DNA of 64,000 nucleotides from the NCBI RefSeq assembly GCF_024521635.1, contig NW_026250426.1, positions 62,001 through 126,000 of the forward strand, in the 5' to 3' direction. The translations under genes were made by a program, and so were the position numbers. How positions within the stretch are numbered: position 1 is the stretch's first letter; each line of letters opens with the position of its first letter. The stretch is from Tricharina praecox. Lineage: Eukaryota. The notes below the pieces were generated by a model, which was not told the origin of the DNA, did no database searches, and saw only the letters and a program-made list of their open reading frames with translations. This document shows positions 49,284-62,049 of the stretch, one piece after another.

Positions 49284-49869
49284 TGATCCGCGTATGCTCC
49301 GATGTGCTTCACTGGTTGTTTCCGTGTCACTCGGTTACATGCCGACGACCGCCATCGACATCATCGTCATCGCCATCGTCATCGCCATAAAGCCTGGGGC
49401 TTCCGCAGTCTCTTTGTGCCACGGAAATCAACTCAGCCCGTCCTTTCGCCCCATCGGAGGCTGGGCGAATGGTCGAGTTGAGTCTGGCGGTGTAAGGATC
49501 CGTGCGATTGCGCGCGTTCAGCTCCTTTGCTACCGCCAACCAAGCATCTCTACACGACAAGCTGATTTCTAGAAGATAAGCTGATTTCTAGAAGAAAGAG
49601 GACGGGCGAGTTCACATTCATCCCTGGTATGTACCCGGTATTCTGCTCGGGTTGTGTATCAGACTATCGCCAGTTGCTCCGCCGAATTCCGTAGAGTGCC
49701 CGTAAGGTATTTAGTACATGACGCCCGGTCGCGGCCAGTTGGTGTGATACCTACTGTAGATGTACCTACCCACCCAGGTGCATAGGGAGTAACTACCGCA
49801 ACTTGCTCGGGCATCGTCAAAGAATGTGGGCTTCAGGTATTTAGTGCGGGTTGTACTCGGATAAGCAAG
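49284..49869. promoter_or_regulatory. Second set of the same TGCT-core motifs in the BIM1-like/BTB divergent intergenic region
   Basis: TGATCCGCGTATGCTC (49284-49299), AACTTGCTC (49800-49808), GATAAGCAAG (49860-49869); also a tandem AAGCTGATTTCTAGAAGA duplication at about 49559-49596. Confidence 0.4.
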
Positions 49870-50375
49870 TGGTTGCGCATTGGAAGGGATAGGTATTCCG
49901 AACCGAAGGGAAGAGACGGGTATGTATTCTTGATATTGCGTACCGGGTCGTGTTCGTCATCTCTGCATTCGGCCATTGTTGGCCGACAGCATTGATCATT
50001 TGCTCCTATTTTCCTAAAGCCCTACAGCCTGGTCCGGTCGAGATACATTCTAAGAGATGCTGATATCGAGAGAGAGAACATCAATTTGTTGTCGCATACG
50101 GCCTTACTACCTAGACTATGGAGACCAGGGACCCGGCCTTTCCTGGAGATGCTGACATGCGAGTTCATCTTCAGTTCGAATTTACCTATGTGCTACATAT
50201 GGTGACTTTTGGTGACGCTGCAACTTGTGGCGGGGCAATGGCCACCCCGCATACGTAGTGTCCCGGTCGATAACGATTAGACATCCAACCCTAACCACCG
50301 ACCAACATGCAACATCACGCATCCTGGCGGTCTCGGACTTAACACCACTACATACCTCCTCGTACATCGATCGAA

Positions 50376-52586
50376 ATGGTAACGGAAGAATACAGATATG
50401 GCGAAGACACATATGGCGAAGACACGCAGCCTCTTCCGCCGACCGCGAATCCTCTCAAGACCCATCTCATATCGCAGCTGATCGAAGAGCGCCGGGAACA
50501 AGAGAGTGGCGACCTCCAGAACCGTAATCCTCTGGACGAGAGCGAGCCGTTTCAGCGATTGTAGGGTTCCAGCGCCTGTTCTGTTGCGGCTACGGTGTCT
50601 GATACAGGTGCTCTGCCAGATGCCTCGCCTGCCGTCGCGGAGATGTCAAAGCTGTCCAGTCCCTCATCTCGTTCGAAAAGGTCAACGTAAATGCCGTCGA
50701 TAGATTCGACTATCCGCCATTGACCTTGGTACGCAGATCGATCCCCACGGGCGGCGTACGACGGTATGAGTACGGGCTGCGGTGCTGACGGTCGGACGAC
50801 AAGGCTAGTCTTTGCGGGCACTACGACGTTGTCAAGCTCTTGCTTGAGAACGGAGCTGTCTGCGAGCGCGATACTTTCCAGGGCGAGAGGTCTGTAATCT
50901 CACGGGCCTCAGCGGGGGGCGCCATTGATTGATATCGAAGCTGCGTAGGTGTCTATACAACGCGCTCAATAATCGTATACGGTCTCTGCTGTTGCAGTAC
51001 GATGTTGGTACCCCCATTCCTGCTGGATAGGTATCTAGGTAGTCTGTCCCGGATGTTGACGTGCAGTAGTACACGAAATCGTCGGATCCCCTACAGCCCT
51101 GGGCCGCCGGTATAAACGCGCTGCTTGCGCGGACGCCACTCGACTCGACCGACATCTCGATCCACGCCTTCCACAGTGGCTCGGTAGTGCTGAACGAGTT
51201 CCGTCTGCACAAGTTTCTACTCGCCGCACGATCCCGCTACTTCCAGAATAAGTTTCAGAAGTCACGGACCTCACAATCCTCGGAGTCAGGCCCTGACCGG
51301 CCGAAAAATGTGCGAAGCTTGCGTATGGCCAATACTGTCGATGCTCGCGCGCTCGAAACAGCCGTCAAGTACATGTATCTGGGCGAAGTAACGGATATCA
51401 ACAACCAGGACGTGTTGAAGAGCATAGAGAGACTGAGCCGGCACCTGGAGATTCCGGGGCTGTGGGATATGGTTATGGTTTCTGTGGCCAGGGATCCGCG
51501 GAAGCGGAGACAGACACGGACCGCGACCATCGAAAAGGCACAGAGCGATATGGATGCCTTTTTCCGCGAGTATGTGCTCGGCAGGAAGATCACGGTTGAT
51601 TCGCCCGAGGAGGCCAACAAGATCCGCGTGGAACAGAGCAACGAGAGCTTCGCGGATGTCTTGCTTCAGGCGGAAGAGGATCCTCCGCTTGAGAACGGAG
51701 ATGGTGACGGAGATGGGTCCGATGATACGACCCGCAAGGGACCGGTCACAGTGCTGTATCCAGTGCACAAGGGAATGCTGCGCTCCGAGTACTTTACAAC
51801 CATGTTCGCGTCGGGGTTCCTCGAGGGACAGAAGCAGCACGAATCCGATGCGCTATCGATCATCCGCGTCGACGCATCCCCGGCTGTTCTGGAGCTCGCG
51901 CTGTCCTTCTTATACTCGGAAAAGACGGAAATCCCGCTGGAGTACGCGCTGGATCTGCTCTTCCTTGCCGATCAGCTGTTCCTGGACCGCCTCAAGCAGA
52001 AGTGCAGCCATGTTATCTGCACCGCTCCCAGCAACGACGATCTACCGTACTCCATCTTTGACGTTGTTCGGGCTGGGTGGTTGTGCCATGTCAGGAGGCT
52101 CGAGGAGTTCGGAGCAAAGTATATCGCCGAGAGGCTCGAGAACTACCTCCCAGATCCCGAACTAGCAGAGGTTGTGGCCGAGAGTGCCGAGAGGATCAAA
52201 GAGCGCCAGGTACCCCACTCCACATCACCCCACCTTGACCACACTGTGACCGTCAACGCACAATGCTAACATAACAATCCACCAAAGGAAACCGACAGTA
52301 TTGAAGTCCTCGACGACATCCGCTACTACCTAGGCGTCAGATTCCGCCAACGAATCGGCATCGAGGACGACTTCGCGGAGATGGACGAGCCAGACGACGA
52401 TGATGGCGACAACGAGGGGCTGCATGATGCTTTCTTCGAGCGGCAGGAGCAGCTGCAGAACGAGCTGCTGGCGAGGATCGATGTGTTGCTGGGTATGTTC
52501 CTGGCCACCGGCTTGCAATGGATAGTTATGTGCGATGCTAATTACACCGTTTTTTTTTTGCAGAGGGCTTGAATCTAGATGCGTAG
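50376..52586 (+). CDS. Ankyrin repeat and BTB/POZ domain protein (Btb3/ABTB1-like Cul3 adaptor), multi-exon
   Basis: ACRRGDVKAVQSLI, VNVNAVDRFDYPPLTL|ASLCGHYDVVKLLLENGAVCERDTFQGER|CLYNALN, FRLHKFLLAARSRYF, second BTB YPVHKGMLRSEYF, RQ|ETDSIEVLDDIRYYL. Confidence 0.93.
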
Positions 52587-53695
52587 ACGCAGTGAATACA
52601 TTGGTAGGTACATACATGGAGGATGGGGTACATATAGACATATTATGCTTTTTATATGGCATGAATGCTGCCTGAAGATGGATATAAACTAAACGGATAT
52701 GCTTCACTCGAGCGCGCGGTATGATACAGCTTCTTGCGCTCGTGAATCATACAGACAGATGAGAGGCACGGCATGATGACTTACGGTACCCACTGGCGCT
52801 GTGAAATGCATCTATTGACCTGCTCAACCAACAGATCGACTTATTCTCAATCGCTCTCGTGGCTAAGAGACGATCCGATTCCCCATGGTGCTGGAATAGA
52901 AGCCAGCGAGCACTTCAGTAAGCTGCAACCACACTTACATGCACATACGCGTTAGACACTGGTTATTTCCGCGGAGATACTCGGCATTGCCATCACGGGG
53001 GGTTCCAGACTTCCGGTGGGTTCAATCAAGAAATCTACTCACCGTCGATTCCCGACTTTTGGGTGACGGGTCGACATAGTTATCGGTGGTTACTTTATAG
53101 CAATCGGTGTCGCCCCGCTCTACAAAACCGGGTCGAAGATACCTACTACCGGCTCTATATTAAATCTTGGTGACTCAGTCGGAACAGGCCTATTTAGGTA
53201 GGTAGATATCTGATAGTTGCAACTTGTTTTGGGGATCGTATGGTATTTACTGGAGGTGTATTGACATAGAGATGTGCATACGGAATGTTGAAGCTTGTAC
53301 AGTATATAGCTCCGAAGTTGTAACTTGTGTGATCATGACTTCTCCCTCGATCTCGAGTCGCGACTCGGGAAAACGATGGCCTCCACCCCAATGCAACTCC
53401 TTCTCTTCAACCAAGATCATTAAACGCTAGTTGATACACATATGCGGCCAGCCTCGTCACCCGCTTCATAGCGCAATCATCAATGAACACCTACAGCTCT
53501 ACTTGTGGTTCAGATTTCACTCCAACATCACATGATCACACCTATTCCACCAACACCGTGAGAACAATCACTACGAAGCCAAGATTACAACCGTCAAAGA
53601 GCTACCTATGCTAGTACACGGGATCCGGCTGGTAGTTTTTCGTGACCGAGGCATGTACAAGTACGGGGGGGTGTGAGAGAGAGAGAACATCAATT

Positions 53696-53926
53696 TGCCT
53701 TCCGCCCCGGGCTGTCGATATCAATCCATACCCTCCCATATCCACCTGTAAATACCATATCAATCCATATCCTCCTATATCCACCCATAAATACTATATC
53801 AATCTATATCTACCCATATCTGCCCATAAATACCATATCAATCCATATCCTCCCATATCAATCCATATCAATCCCATATCAATACATATCCACTCATATC
53901 AATCCATATCCTGCCATATTCCTGCC
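53696..53926 (-). repeat. Dispersed repeat copy B (inverted relative to 42716-42961)
   Basis: TGCCTTCCGCCCCGGGCTGTCGATATCAATCC followed by CCATATCAATCCATATCC-type units. Confidence 0.85.
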
Positions 53927-53929
53927 AAG

Positions 53930-54146
53930 ATCTGGTCCTGTTCGGCCATTTGGACGGACTGCATGTATAAATGTAGTCCGTCCGGTCCATGTATTCCGTG
54001 GACTAGGTGCGGACTGCAGTCGACTGCAGGCCGTCCTGCCCTCAATTTTGTTGGACCAGTCAGTCCAAACACTGCCCCCGGACGGACGGCCAAGATACAG
54101 TCCAGTCCAGTCCGAGGCTCAGGACGGACGGACTGGACTACCTATG
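53930..54146. mobile_element. Possible DNA-transposon (hAT-like) terminal/subterminal fragment
   Basis: Dense GGACT/AGTCC/GGACG short repeats in both orientations, ending GGACGGACTGGACTACCTA, directly abutting repeat copy B. Confidence 0.3.
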
Positions 54147-54545
54147 TCGAATACCGGTACTGCCGTCTGAAAAAGCACATAGTGTGAAGTGGTGGGTGAA
54201 CCGATGGCCGGCCGCCGGCAAAAGGATGTCGATTACTGTAGCTAGGAGAGGCCTGTGAGATGCGGATTTGTCTATCGACACGATTCTATTAAGGCACGGG
54301 CTGGTTGTAATTCACTTCTGCTTGCGTGTGGGAGAGAATTTGAACGTCGATTGATTATCACATACGGCCTGTCTAGACTGTCAATGGCGACGCTCCTACT
54401 GCTTGTGTATTTGTCCAGTTTGTTGGCCAGGTGTTTCCATCCGGACGAATAATCTCTTATGTTTCCTCGTCATGATTCTCATCCGGTGCGCATTCCACGC
54501 ATAAATTATGTAGGTACACAGCCAGCTCGCCTGGCCCTCTCCCTC

Positions 54546-55033
54546 TTACTTCTTCCCCGGCAGCGTATCCTTATCCTTCTTTCCCTTCTGCTTGAGATAC
54601 AGCTCATCATCCGCCTGCAACTCTGCATCGATCTTTGCGCCCTTCGAGGGCTCGTTTCCATGTTTGAGTGCCTACACCCTTTTAGCCCACATCCCCACGT
54701 GCACCTCACCGCCCTAGGGAAATCCTACCGGAGCTCGCGGATCACTATCCTCCGAATGGTCGGGCCGCTCCTTATCCTTCTTCTCGGCGGCGGCGAGCCG
54801 GTTGGCGATTGTTCGCTGATCCTCTATTTATTTATTTTGCGGTCAGATATCGCATCGAGTGATGGACTGTAAGGAAGGGTAGTGGGTATGGGCATACTAG
54901 AATCCGTATCCTTGTGCGAGTTCTTGACGCCCACCTCGTAGGCGAAGTCGGAGGGCTTCGTTCCAGTCGACTTGCTGGTCTTTTGGTCGCTCGACTCGTA
55001 GGTCTGTGCGTTGCCGACTTGGGAGCTGGTCAT
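54546..55033 (-). CDS. Small hydrophilic conserved fungal protein, 3 exons
   Basis: MTSSQVGNAQTYESSDQK...NSHKDTDS | KDQRTIANRLAAAEKK...DPRAP | ALKHGNEPSKGAKIDAELQADDE...*; canonical introns. Confidence 0.85.
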
Positions 55034-55786
55034 TTTGGTTTCGTGTTGTATGTAGATAAATTGAAAGTTGGATTTTTCTTCTTTCGGAATGCGGGGATTG
55101 GTGGGGATTGGGATTGAGTATGTATGAAGGAGACCAGACGAGAGCTCGAGGAGGACTGTGTTAAATACTCAGATGTGCTGGATTGAGGTGAGGTGAGGTT
55201 GCCGTGATGTAATGGTTGGTACCGTAGTTGGCCGACCCCCGATGACGTTACTGATGATCTTCCGCGCGCTAACTAGAGTTCCGGTGAAGTTGATCCCTCC
55301 CGAGGATCGTCCACAACATCAGTGCAACCGTCAACGGGGCTGCCGCGGTAGGAGACATGGAAAGTGCGCGTCAACCGCGAGCATGCGTATGTGGTTTTCT
55401 ATCCGCTGACCGAGACTCGAGAGGCTGCACGGATTTCTGAGTTCTGATTTCATCACTGTCCTGATTACCGAGTATGTAACTCCAAATGAACCCTGGCACG
55501 AGCGTCTAAAAGCAATTAAGGCATCTACGTTGCGGCCATGCCTACATGGGTTGCTATAGTAGGATGCTTGGGGGAGGATATCGAGATCTTGCAGTTCACC
55601 ACAATTCAACTCAACCGAATGACCGCTCCAGCGCCGTTTGATGTCGCGAGGCGCAAAGGCATGGGTGAATGGGAAGTGGCAGAAGTATGAGGTCAAAAAA
55701 ATGGCAAAAGAAGAGTGCATCAGTGCATCATAAAAGCGAATGGGAAGTGGCAAGAGGGAGATTAAAAAGATGACTAAAAAGAACGC

Positions 55787-55857
55787 TGCATCCGTCGGGA
55801 GTCGAACCCGAGCCAATTGCTTGGAAGGCAATTATCCTACCGTTGGACCACGGAAGC
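55787..55857 (-). tRNA. tRNA-Gly(TCC), intronless
   Basis: GCTTCCG-TGGTCCAACGGTAGGATA-ATTGC-CT-TCC-AA-GCAAT-TGG-CTCGGGTTCGACTCCCGA-CGGATGC-A; one acceptor-stem mismatch. Confidence 0.9.
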
Positions 55858-55909
55858 TGGTTGTTGGATGTTTTGACTTTATGCCATTATAGTAATCAAG
55901 TAGTTAATC

Positions 55910-56125
55910 GCCATTGAAGCTCGAGCGAATTATGTACTGGGACTCACAATCAGAGCTCAATCTACTATTGAAGCTGAGTTAGCTAATATATCCGAACCTC
56001 CGAGCTGCCATTGAACCTGAGCTGACCAATCTGCCCGGACCTCCGAGGTGCTATTAAACCTCGAGTTTCCATTGAAGGCCGAGTGGCTATTGAAGCTCGA
56101 GTGGCTTTCGGAGCTATTGAACCCC
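55910..56125. repeat. Degenerate short repeats (ATTGAAGCTCGAG-like) upstream of tRNA-Gly
   Basis: cattgaagctcgag, attgaagctgag, cattgaacctgag, cattgaaggccgag and tattgaagctcgag are read directly. Confidence 0.7.
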
Positions 56126-57907
56126 AACCTATCATCAATGTTGGGAGTGAGTAGCGATGCAACCTCACGTTACCATTGACCACGACCGAGAGGAGTATGT
56201 ACTAAATCCTCGCTACAAGCAGCGACCTATCGGAGCAAGTGATAAGTTGGGTTTCCTCAACGACGAACCTTAGAAACCCGAACACTTTACGGATCCCTCC
56301 CCCTTCCCCTATTCTACCTACTCCGAGTGAGAACAAGGCTTCGGAGGTACACAAAGACGACATGCGTACATACAGGTTCCAACTTCCTACATGGCAGCGA
56401 ATGACGACCGGTGTTCCAGGCTCAGAATGGCCATAGGCCCATAGGTAGGTCGGTCTAAAACGTGATGTCGGTCACTCGGCTGGATGCGGCGCTGGCGAGC
56501 TTCCTACCGGTGATCGGTCCGGTCGTGGGCATATGGCTGTCCTCTCACGCTGCAGATGACGGCGGCATAGGACTAGGGCAAGACTCACTTAAGAGCGACC
56601 CGTTCCCGGGATCCAGAGCTGCGCACTTCGGTCTGGTGTTGAGCAGTGGGTCCGACGGCTTGCGGGACCATTGATGCACATAATGGCTCGCCGCCAATGC
56701 GGGCGGGCATGCGGGTCCCATATGCCCGCCGACCCTATATGCAATATCTATGCCCGCTCTTCCCGCCACTAAGTTCAAACACTACTTAGTGCCGAAATTC
56801 GTGTGGGAAATAAGAATATTCCTACAGGTATAGTAGTAGAAACTTGGTCCACGTAGTCCTGTAAGGTTAGAATTAAAAGGTCTTTGATATTAGGCTAATT
56901 GCAGGAATACCCAAGTACGGGAGGACTCTCTACTTCTAGTTAGTGAAGTCATTGATGTTGGTTTCCCTTGGGACTTCTCAACGAACCACCCATAGCATCG
57001 CTCCTCCTCGCTATGGCCACGCCAAATACCGTAGGCAGAGTCCGCCCCTTCGCGGAGCACCATGGGGGAGCACTCGTGCCCAAGTCCGTTTCGCCGTGAG
57101 AATACACACAATTTACTCTCGGAATGGTATCTGCTGCATGTCACACGCCGGTTTGCATCGAGTGCTTCGACCGCACCGAGAACATCGTGTTGGCGGCGGC
57201 GGCGACGCCTCGATTGCTACGGTACTCGTGCCACTCAGCCTAGCCCCCCACTGCACGCCACCACCATCAGCACCACCAACGCCGCCACCACCACCGCAAG
57301 TGCATCGTAGGCAGTAGTCTGAGCGCTCCAGCTCCTTTTAATTCCGATTGGTCCGGCCATAGCTATCGATAGAACATAGCTGCGAGGCGATGCCTCCGAA
57401 TCCCTACGGCAAAAAGGATCGTCATCGGACATCTAGATTCCAGAACTCGATTCTTCCAAGATGGTGATCTGCTGCACCAGGTGGCACGCCCCCTCAATCC
57501 ATCCATCCATTCATCAGGCGAAGAAGAAAAACAAACACATAAGCGGAGTCGACGTGCCACACTCGGATCCACTGACGAAGCCCAGTCTCACCGACCCAAC
57601 CACCCAACCAAAGGACCATACCCGTGAAGCCTCGACCCGACCCTTAGATCTCTAGAAAGGCCCAGGGGAGACAACGCCGGCCGGCCAATCACGTTATTCC
57701 CACGGTTGGAAGTCGGAGACGAGATTTCCAGCTAGGGGGTGAGAGGTGTTGCACGATTACCTAGTCTTCTCGGGCCGCACCGGTTCAGAGGACTCGGGCG
57801 CTTGCTTCGAATCAGATCACCACGATGGCCCTTCCCCCCAATATTGTATCATGGGTACTTGCTCCTCTGCTCGAGCTCCCCATCTCCACATGTCTCACGC
57901 CTCTCCA

Positions 57908-58100
57908 CCCGAGACCAATCCCTCGAGAACATAGTGAAGCCAAACCTACCAAGACCAATCCCTTCAGACGATAGTGAAGCCGGAACTACCGAGACCTAAT
58001 CCTCCAGACGATAGATCTAGTACCAAGGTAGTGAAGCCGAAACTACCGAGATCAATCCCTCCCTCCTATGTCCAGACGATAACTAGTGAAGCCGAAACTC
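57908..58100. repeat. Degenerate ~40-bp tandem repeat, about 4 copies
   Basis: TAGTGAAGCC..ACTACC.AGA.CAATCCC recurs. Confidence 0.8.
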
Positions 58101-58506
58101 CGCCGTGTTGTTTGCACACATGTACGTACCAGGCTCCGACTACGTCCCAAGCATGACGACCTCATGCAGCCTCGCACCCATATGGAAAGGTCCCGGCTTA
58201 CATAGTTAATTAGTCCCGGCTTGGTCCTCAGCCACGGAGATTTCGACCGACGACGATGACCACGGCCACGGCGGCGGCGAGTAGTAGCTGTTTCGGCAGT
58301 TGAAACTCGAAGTCTCGAACTCGAACCCGCCAGCGCTGCGACGGAGGTTCCCGCATGATGATGTACTCTACATATAGTACTATACACAGGAGCGATCTTC
58401 TAGTCTCCGAGGCATGTATGTACGATATGCGCCTAAGTATGTGTGTAGGAAGATTGTTTCCCCCTGCCTGCTGCAACATCTCGTCAACTGCGGGATCGGG
58501 AGAAAA

Positions 58507-58560
58507 GCTGCTACTGCTGCTACTGCTGCTACTGCTGCTACTTCTGCTACTGCTGCTGCT
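58507..58560. repeat. (GCTGCTACT)n microsatellite
   Basis: Read directly. Confidence 0.9.
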
Positions 58561-59034
58561 GGCTGGGGGGAAGGGGGGTGGTGGTTAGATCTATATTGGG
58601 CAGGACCGATCCTCCGCTCCGCTCCAGGGGGAGGGAGATCTACTTGCTTGCCGAGCGAGCCCAAGGAAACAGTCATCTCGGTTCAGGCAGGCAACTTGCT
58701 TGTTTTCCGCTGGAGCCTACCTAACTTATGTAGAGGCGGGAAGTTTTTTTCTTTCTTTCCTGCAGCCGCGGGGCTGCGACAGCCACAGCCACGTGGCTGT
58801 CGCGTGCGCGGGTGCGCTAAACATGCTGGTCGCTACATATATACGGGGGGGGTTATATGTAGTACCTAGACAACTCGCCGGTGGCGCAGATGGTTTGCGG
58901 AGTGTAAAGGCCCGGCTTTTTCTTTCTCGCTGGCGCTGGGGGGGAAAGAGGTTTCGTGCACTCGTCGTACACGGCGGGGGATGCTCACGAGTCACGAATG
59001 CGAATGCGAACCACATTTACCTACCGTAGGTACA

Positions 59035-59385
59035 ATGCAGGCACTTGGGTTCGAACTTAGAAGTTTACCCGTGAAACCCCACGGGCCACAGGATTGCCCT
59101 TGCAGCAAAAAGTTAAAACCCCCCGAACCAAAGGTTCGAACCGAAGCGCCAGCGCCAGTGCCAGCGCCCAGCGACAGCGACAACAGCAGCGACAATAAAA
59201 ACATCCACATGGACATAATTTCCGTATGTACCTATATGGGCTGCACATATACGTGTCCCCCCACCCCACACCCGGGTTTGCCGGATGTTTCGGTGCTGTT
59301 TGCACTCACACTCGGGCGGGTGTTCACAAGATGTCACTCGTGCGGGAACGACCGATGCGGAAATTCTCTCTGTCTCTGCCAATAG
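59035..59385 (+). CDS. Candidate small Cys-rich protein (116 aa)
   Basis: ACAATG start context; CPC, CTYMGCTYTC and RCHSCGNDRCGNSLCLCQ*; no recognised family. Confidence 0.3.
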   Translation: MQALGFELRSLPVKPHGPQDCPCSKKLKPPEPKVRTEAPAPVPAPSDSDNSSDNKNIHMDIISVCTYMGCTYTCPPTPHPGLPDVSVLFALTLGRVFTRCHSCGNDRCGNSLCLCQ

Positions 59386-60992
59386 TAGGCAGTAGGTACT
59401 CGACCATATTCGTCGAGTCCCACCCCACCAGTGGAGATGGGATTATATCCCCGATAGCTAGCATGGCGCGATATACAATACTGCAATAGTAGTACCTAGT
59501 GCAAAAGTGGACACTTTACTCCAGAAACCGGGATGCTGCATCCATGCATGCAGAGTTTCTGCGATGAAGGATGATGGCCAATATATCGAGAAACCTTCTA
59601 ACACAACCTAACTCGACCCTCCTCTGATCCTTTGATCCTCTGCGCACATGGTGTCGGGTGTCTTGATCGGTCCATTACTGTACCATAGGTATCTACGCTT
59701 CTAGGTCACCCCATCCCGTTCAGCCCAATCCCATTGGGGGGCTCGCCCCGCATACACGGGTATAGTTTGGTATAATATCGTAACTAATTGGCCGAAAAAG
59801 CGCGCAAGCCAGTGTTCCTGCAAGAATCAAGAATCAAGAATCAAGATCCACAGGTTGTGGGGAATCGTGTTCACTGGTGGTGGTGGTAGTGGTGCTTCGG
59901 ACGGGACTGCACTGGAAGTCAGGAATTCTGGAATCTGGAATCTGGATGTCTGGATGTCTGGGAACTGGAAGTCTGGAACAAGAAGTCTGGAAATACCTGC
60001 GAATCAATTATCGGAGCGCTTATGTATGATACCTGATAACCTCAGCTTGGGACGGTGTTAGCGACGTCACATCTGCCTGGTTGGGCTGGATGGATGGCTG
60101 GCTGGCTGGATGATTGGCTGATTGACTGGCGGACTGACTGACTGGCTAGATGGATGACTGGATGGCTGGTGCCCGAAGAAGCCGATTGTTTGTGGGGGAG
60201 ATGGATCCAATGGATCGATCCGGCTGGTTACGTCCGTCGGCGAGGGGCGCGGGGGAGGAGTGTCGTTGAGATGCGCACTGCACTCATCACTTTGTTTTCT
60301 TTTCTTGATTTCTTCCAGGTTGGGGTATAGAACTCTATTCTACATACATTACGATGCCGCATCCAGAGCGGGCGCCCGAGTTTGTTCGAAGTTCGAACGG
60401 CTTTTTTGTTTTTGTTTTGATTTTGACACCAGTTAGGTAAGGACTTGAGTAATGAGGTAATAAGGTACTGCATGCAGCACCCCAGTGGAGACGACGACGA
60501 CGCCATCCATCCATCCAACTATCCCGGTCGTGGCATTTGGTCCTTGGTCGTCGGACATGGACTCTCGGAACAGGAACAGAATCTCTGCAGAGCTTTAAAG
60601 GGAAGAGAAATAGAAGAGAAGAGGCCGGAAGCAAACACGCACCGCGCGCGCGGCAAATGGGGGGAATCATCATCAATGCAGCTCCATGTTTCCATATTCT
60701 CCTACCTACGGTACTCCACCACCACCACCACATGCCCTATTGTACATACATGTGGCAGCAGAGAGAGAGGATGTGCACAGTAGAGTATCTTCTACCCCTG
60801 CCTCCTGCGCACCTGCGGACCTACCTAGTAGCTGCGGACCTGCGGTGCATCCTACATAAGGTTTGCGGACGCTACTAACTGCCGTCGCGCACTCGAGTTT
60901 GAGCGACTTTGGGTACCTAGAGTAACGTAACGTAACGTAACCGCCGCTCCACATGGATTACTACCTAGGAGGTAAGTACGCTCCCGGTAGCT

Positions 60993-61090
60993 TTGTTTTT
61001 GTTGTTGTTTTTGTTGTTGTTTTTGTTGTTGTTTTTGTTGTTGTTTTTGTTGTTGTTTTTGTTGTAGCTGTTATTGTTGTTGCTGTTGCT
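60993..61090. repeat. (GTTGTTGTTTTT)n microsatellite
   Basis: Read directly. Confidence 0.9.
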
Positions 61091-62049
61091 GGGCGTCCAG
61101 TTGCTTTGCTTCCGAAACACAAGTGGCGGGGGAGTGGGGTGACAGTGTGTTGAGTGTTGAGCGAAGGCATCCTCAGCGGAGCGCCGGAGCGCTTACGGAA
61201 GGACATGTAACTATAGAGAATCTAACTATGATTTGCAAGAAAAAACTTATCTGACAACTCATATAGGGGGTCTCACCTTCTCAGACACAAGACACCAAAC
61301 AATCGAGTGGAACGAGGAGGAGGACGAGGGAGGGGGGGGGGGCCACTTTACCGTTCGAGGTGGGACATACAGCGCAAAAGCAGGGCCACCCATAGGGTAC
61401 ATAGTTATTTCGACTGACGGTTGATGCGTCGATCATCCGCTGCTGCTGCAAACGATAGGTTGCCTGCCTGCACTACGGATAAGTAGAGTATGTATGCTAA
61501 TTAGGGAGCTAGGCTTTTGGTAACGCACACAATTGGATAGGTAATCATTGGCCGGCGCACGCATTCGCACATTCACGCATTGACGCATTCCACTTCGCTC
61601 CACTCCACTCTTCTCCATAGCAATCCACTCCTCTTCTCTAGAATAGCACTCTTCTCTACCAGTTACGGGCTGGGTGCATAGATACATTGCCATACTCATG
61701 TCCGGCCTTTCTGCCAGGCTGCCACGGCAAGGTATATATTGTAGTCTGGTTAGTAGGAACTCGGGTTTACTCAACCTCCTCACCCGACTCGGACCCGGGG
61801 GTTTGGGGGGCAATTGTTTGCATGTCCCAGTTGTCGCAGTTCAAGCCGAGTACCTACCTACTCAGTTACCTACAGCTCGATCCATTTCCGCCCCCTCTCC
61901 TATTCCTCCCCCATCCCCAGACACCAGGGTGTTTGCGATTGACCGCCACCGGCAGAAGTAAAACAGCCAACGGGTGTGCTACGCTATATGTCGGCAAATA
62001 AACAATTAACTATAGCAACTACATCTTCCTAGCAGTATGTACAGTACTG

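Noticed and set aside
50286..50296. CAACCCTAACC as a telomerase RNA template, given the Pof8-like gene in the window
   Set aside because: It is a single short match just upstream of the BTB gene ATG, with no supporting TER structure; chance or a promoter telobox is more likely.
40144..52586. Secondary-metabolite gene cluster around the P450
   Set aside because: No PKS, NRPS, terpene synthase or RiPP precursor is visible in the window.
53642..54187. ORFs with YPPIS/HINPY repeats (and MDIGGY repeats at 42649-43081)
   Set aside because: They are translations of the minisatellite repeat, not credible proteins.
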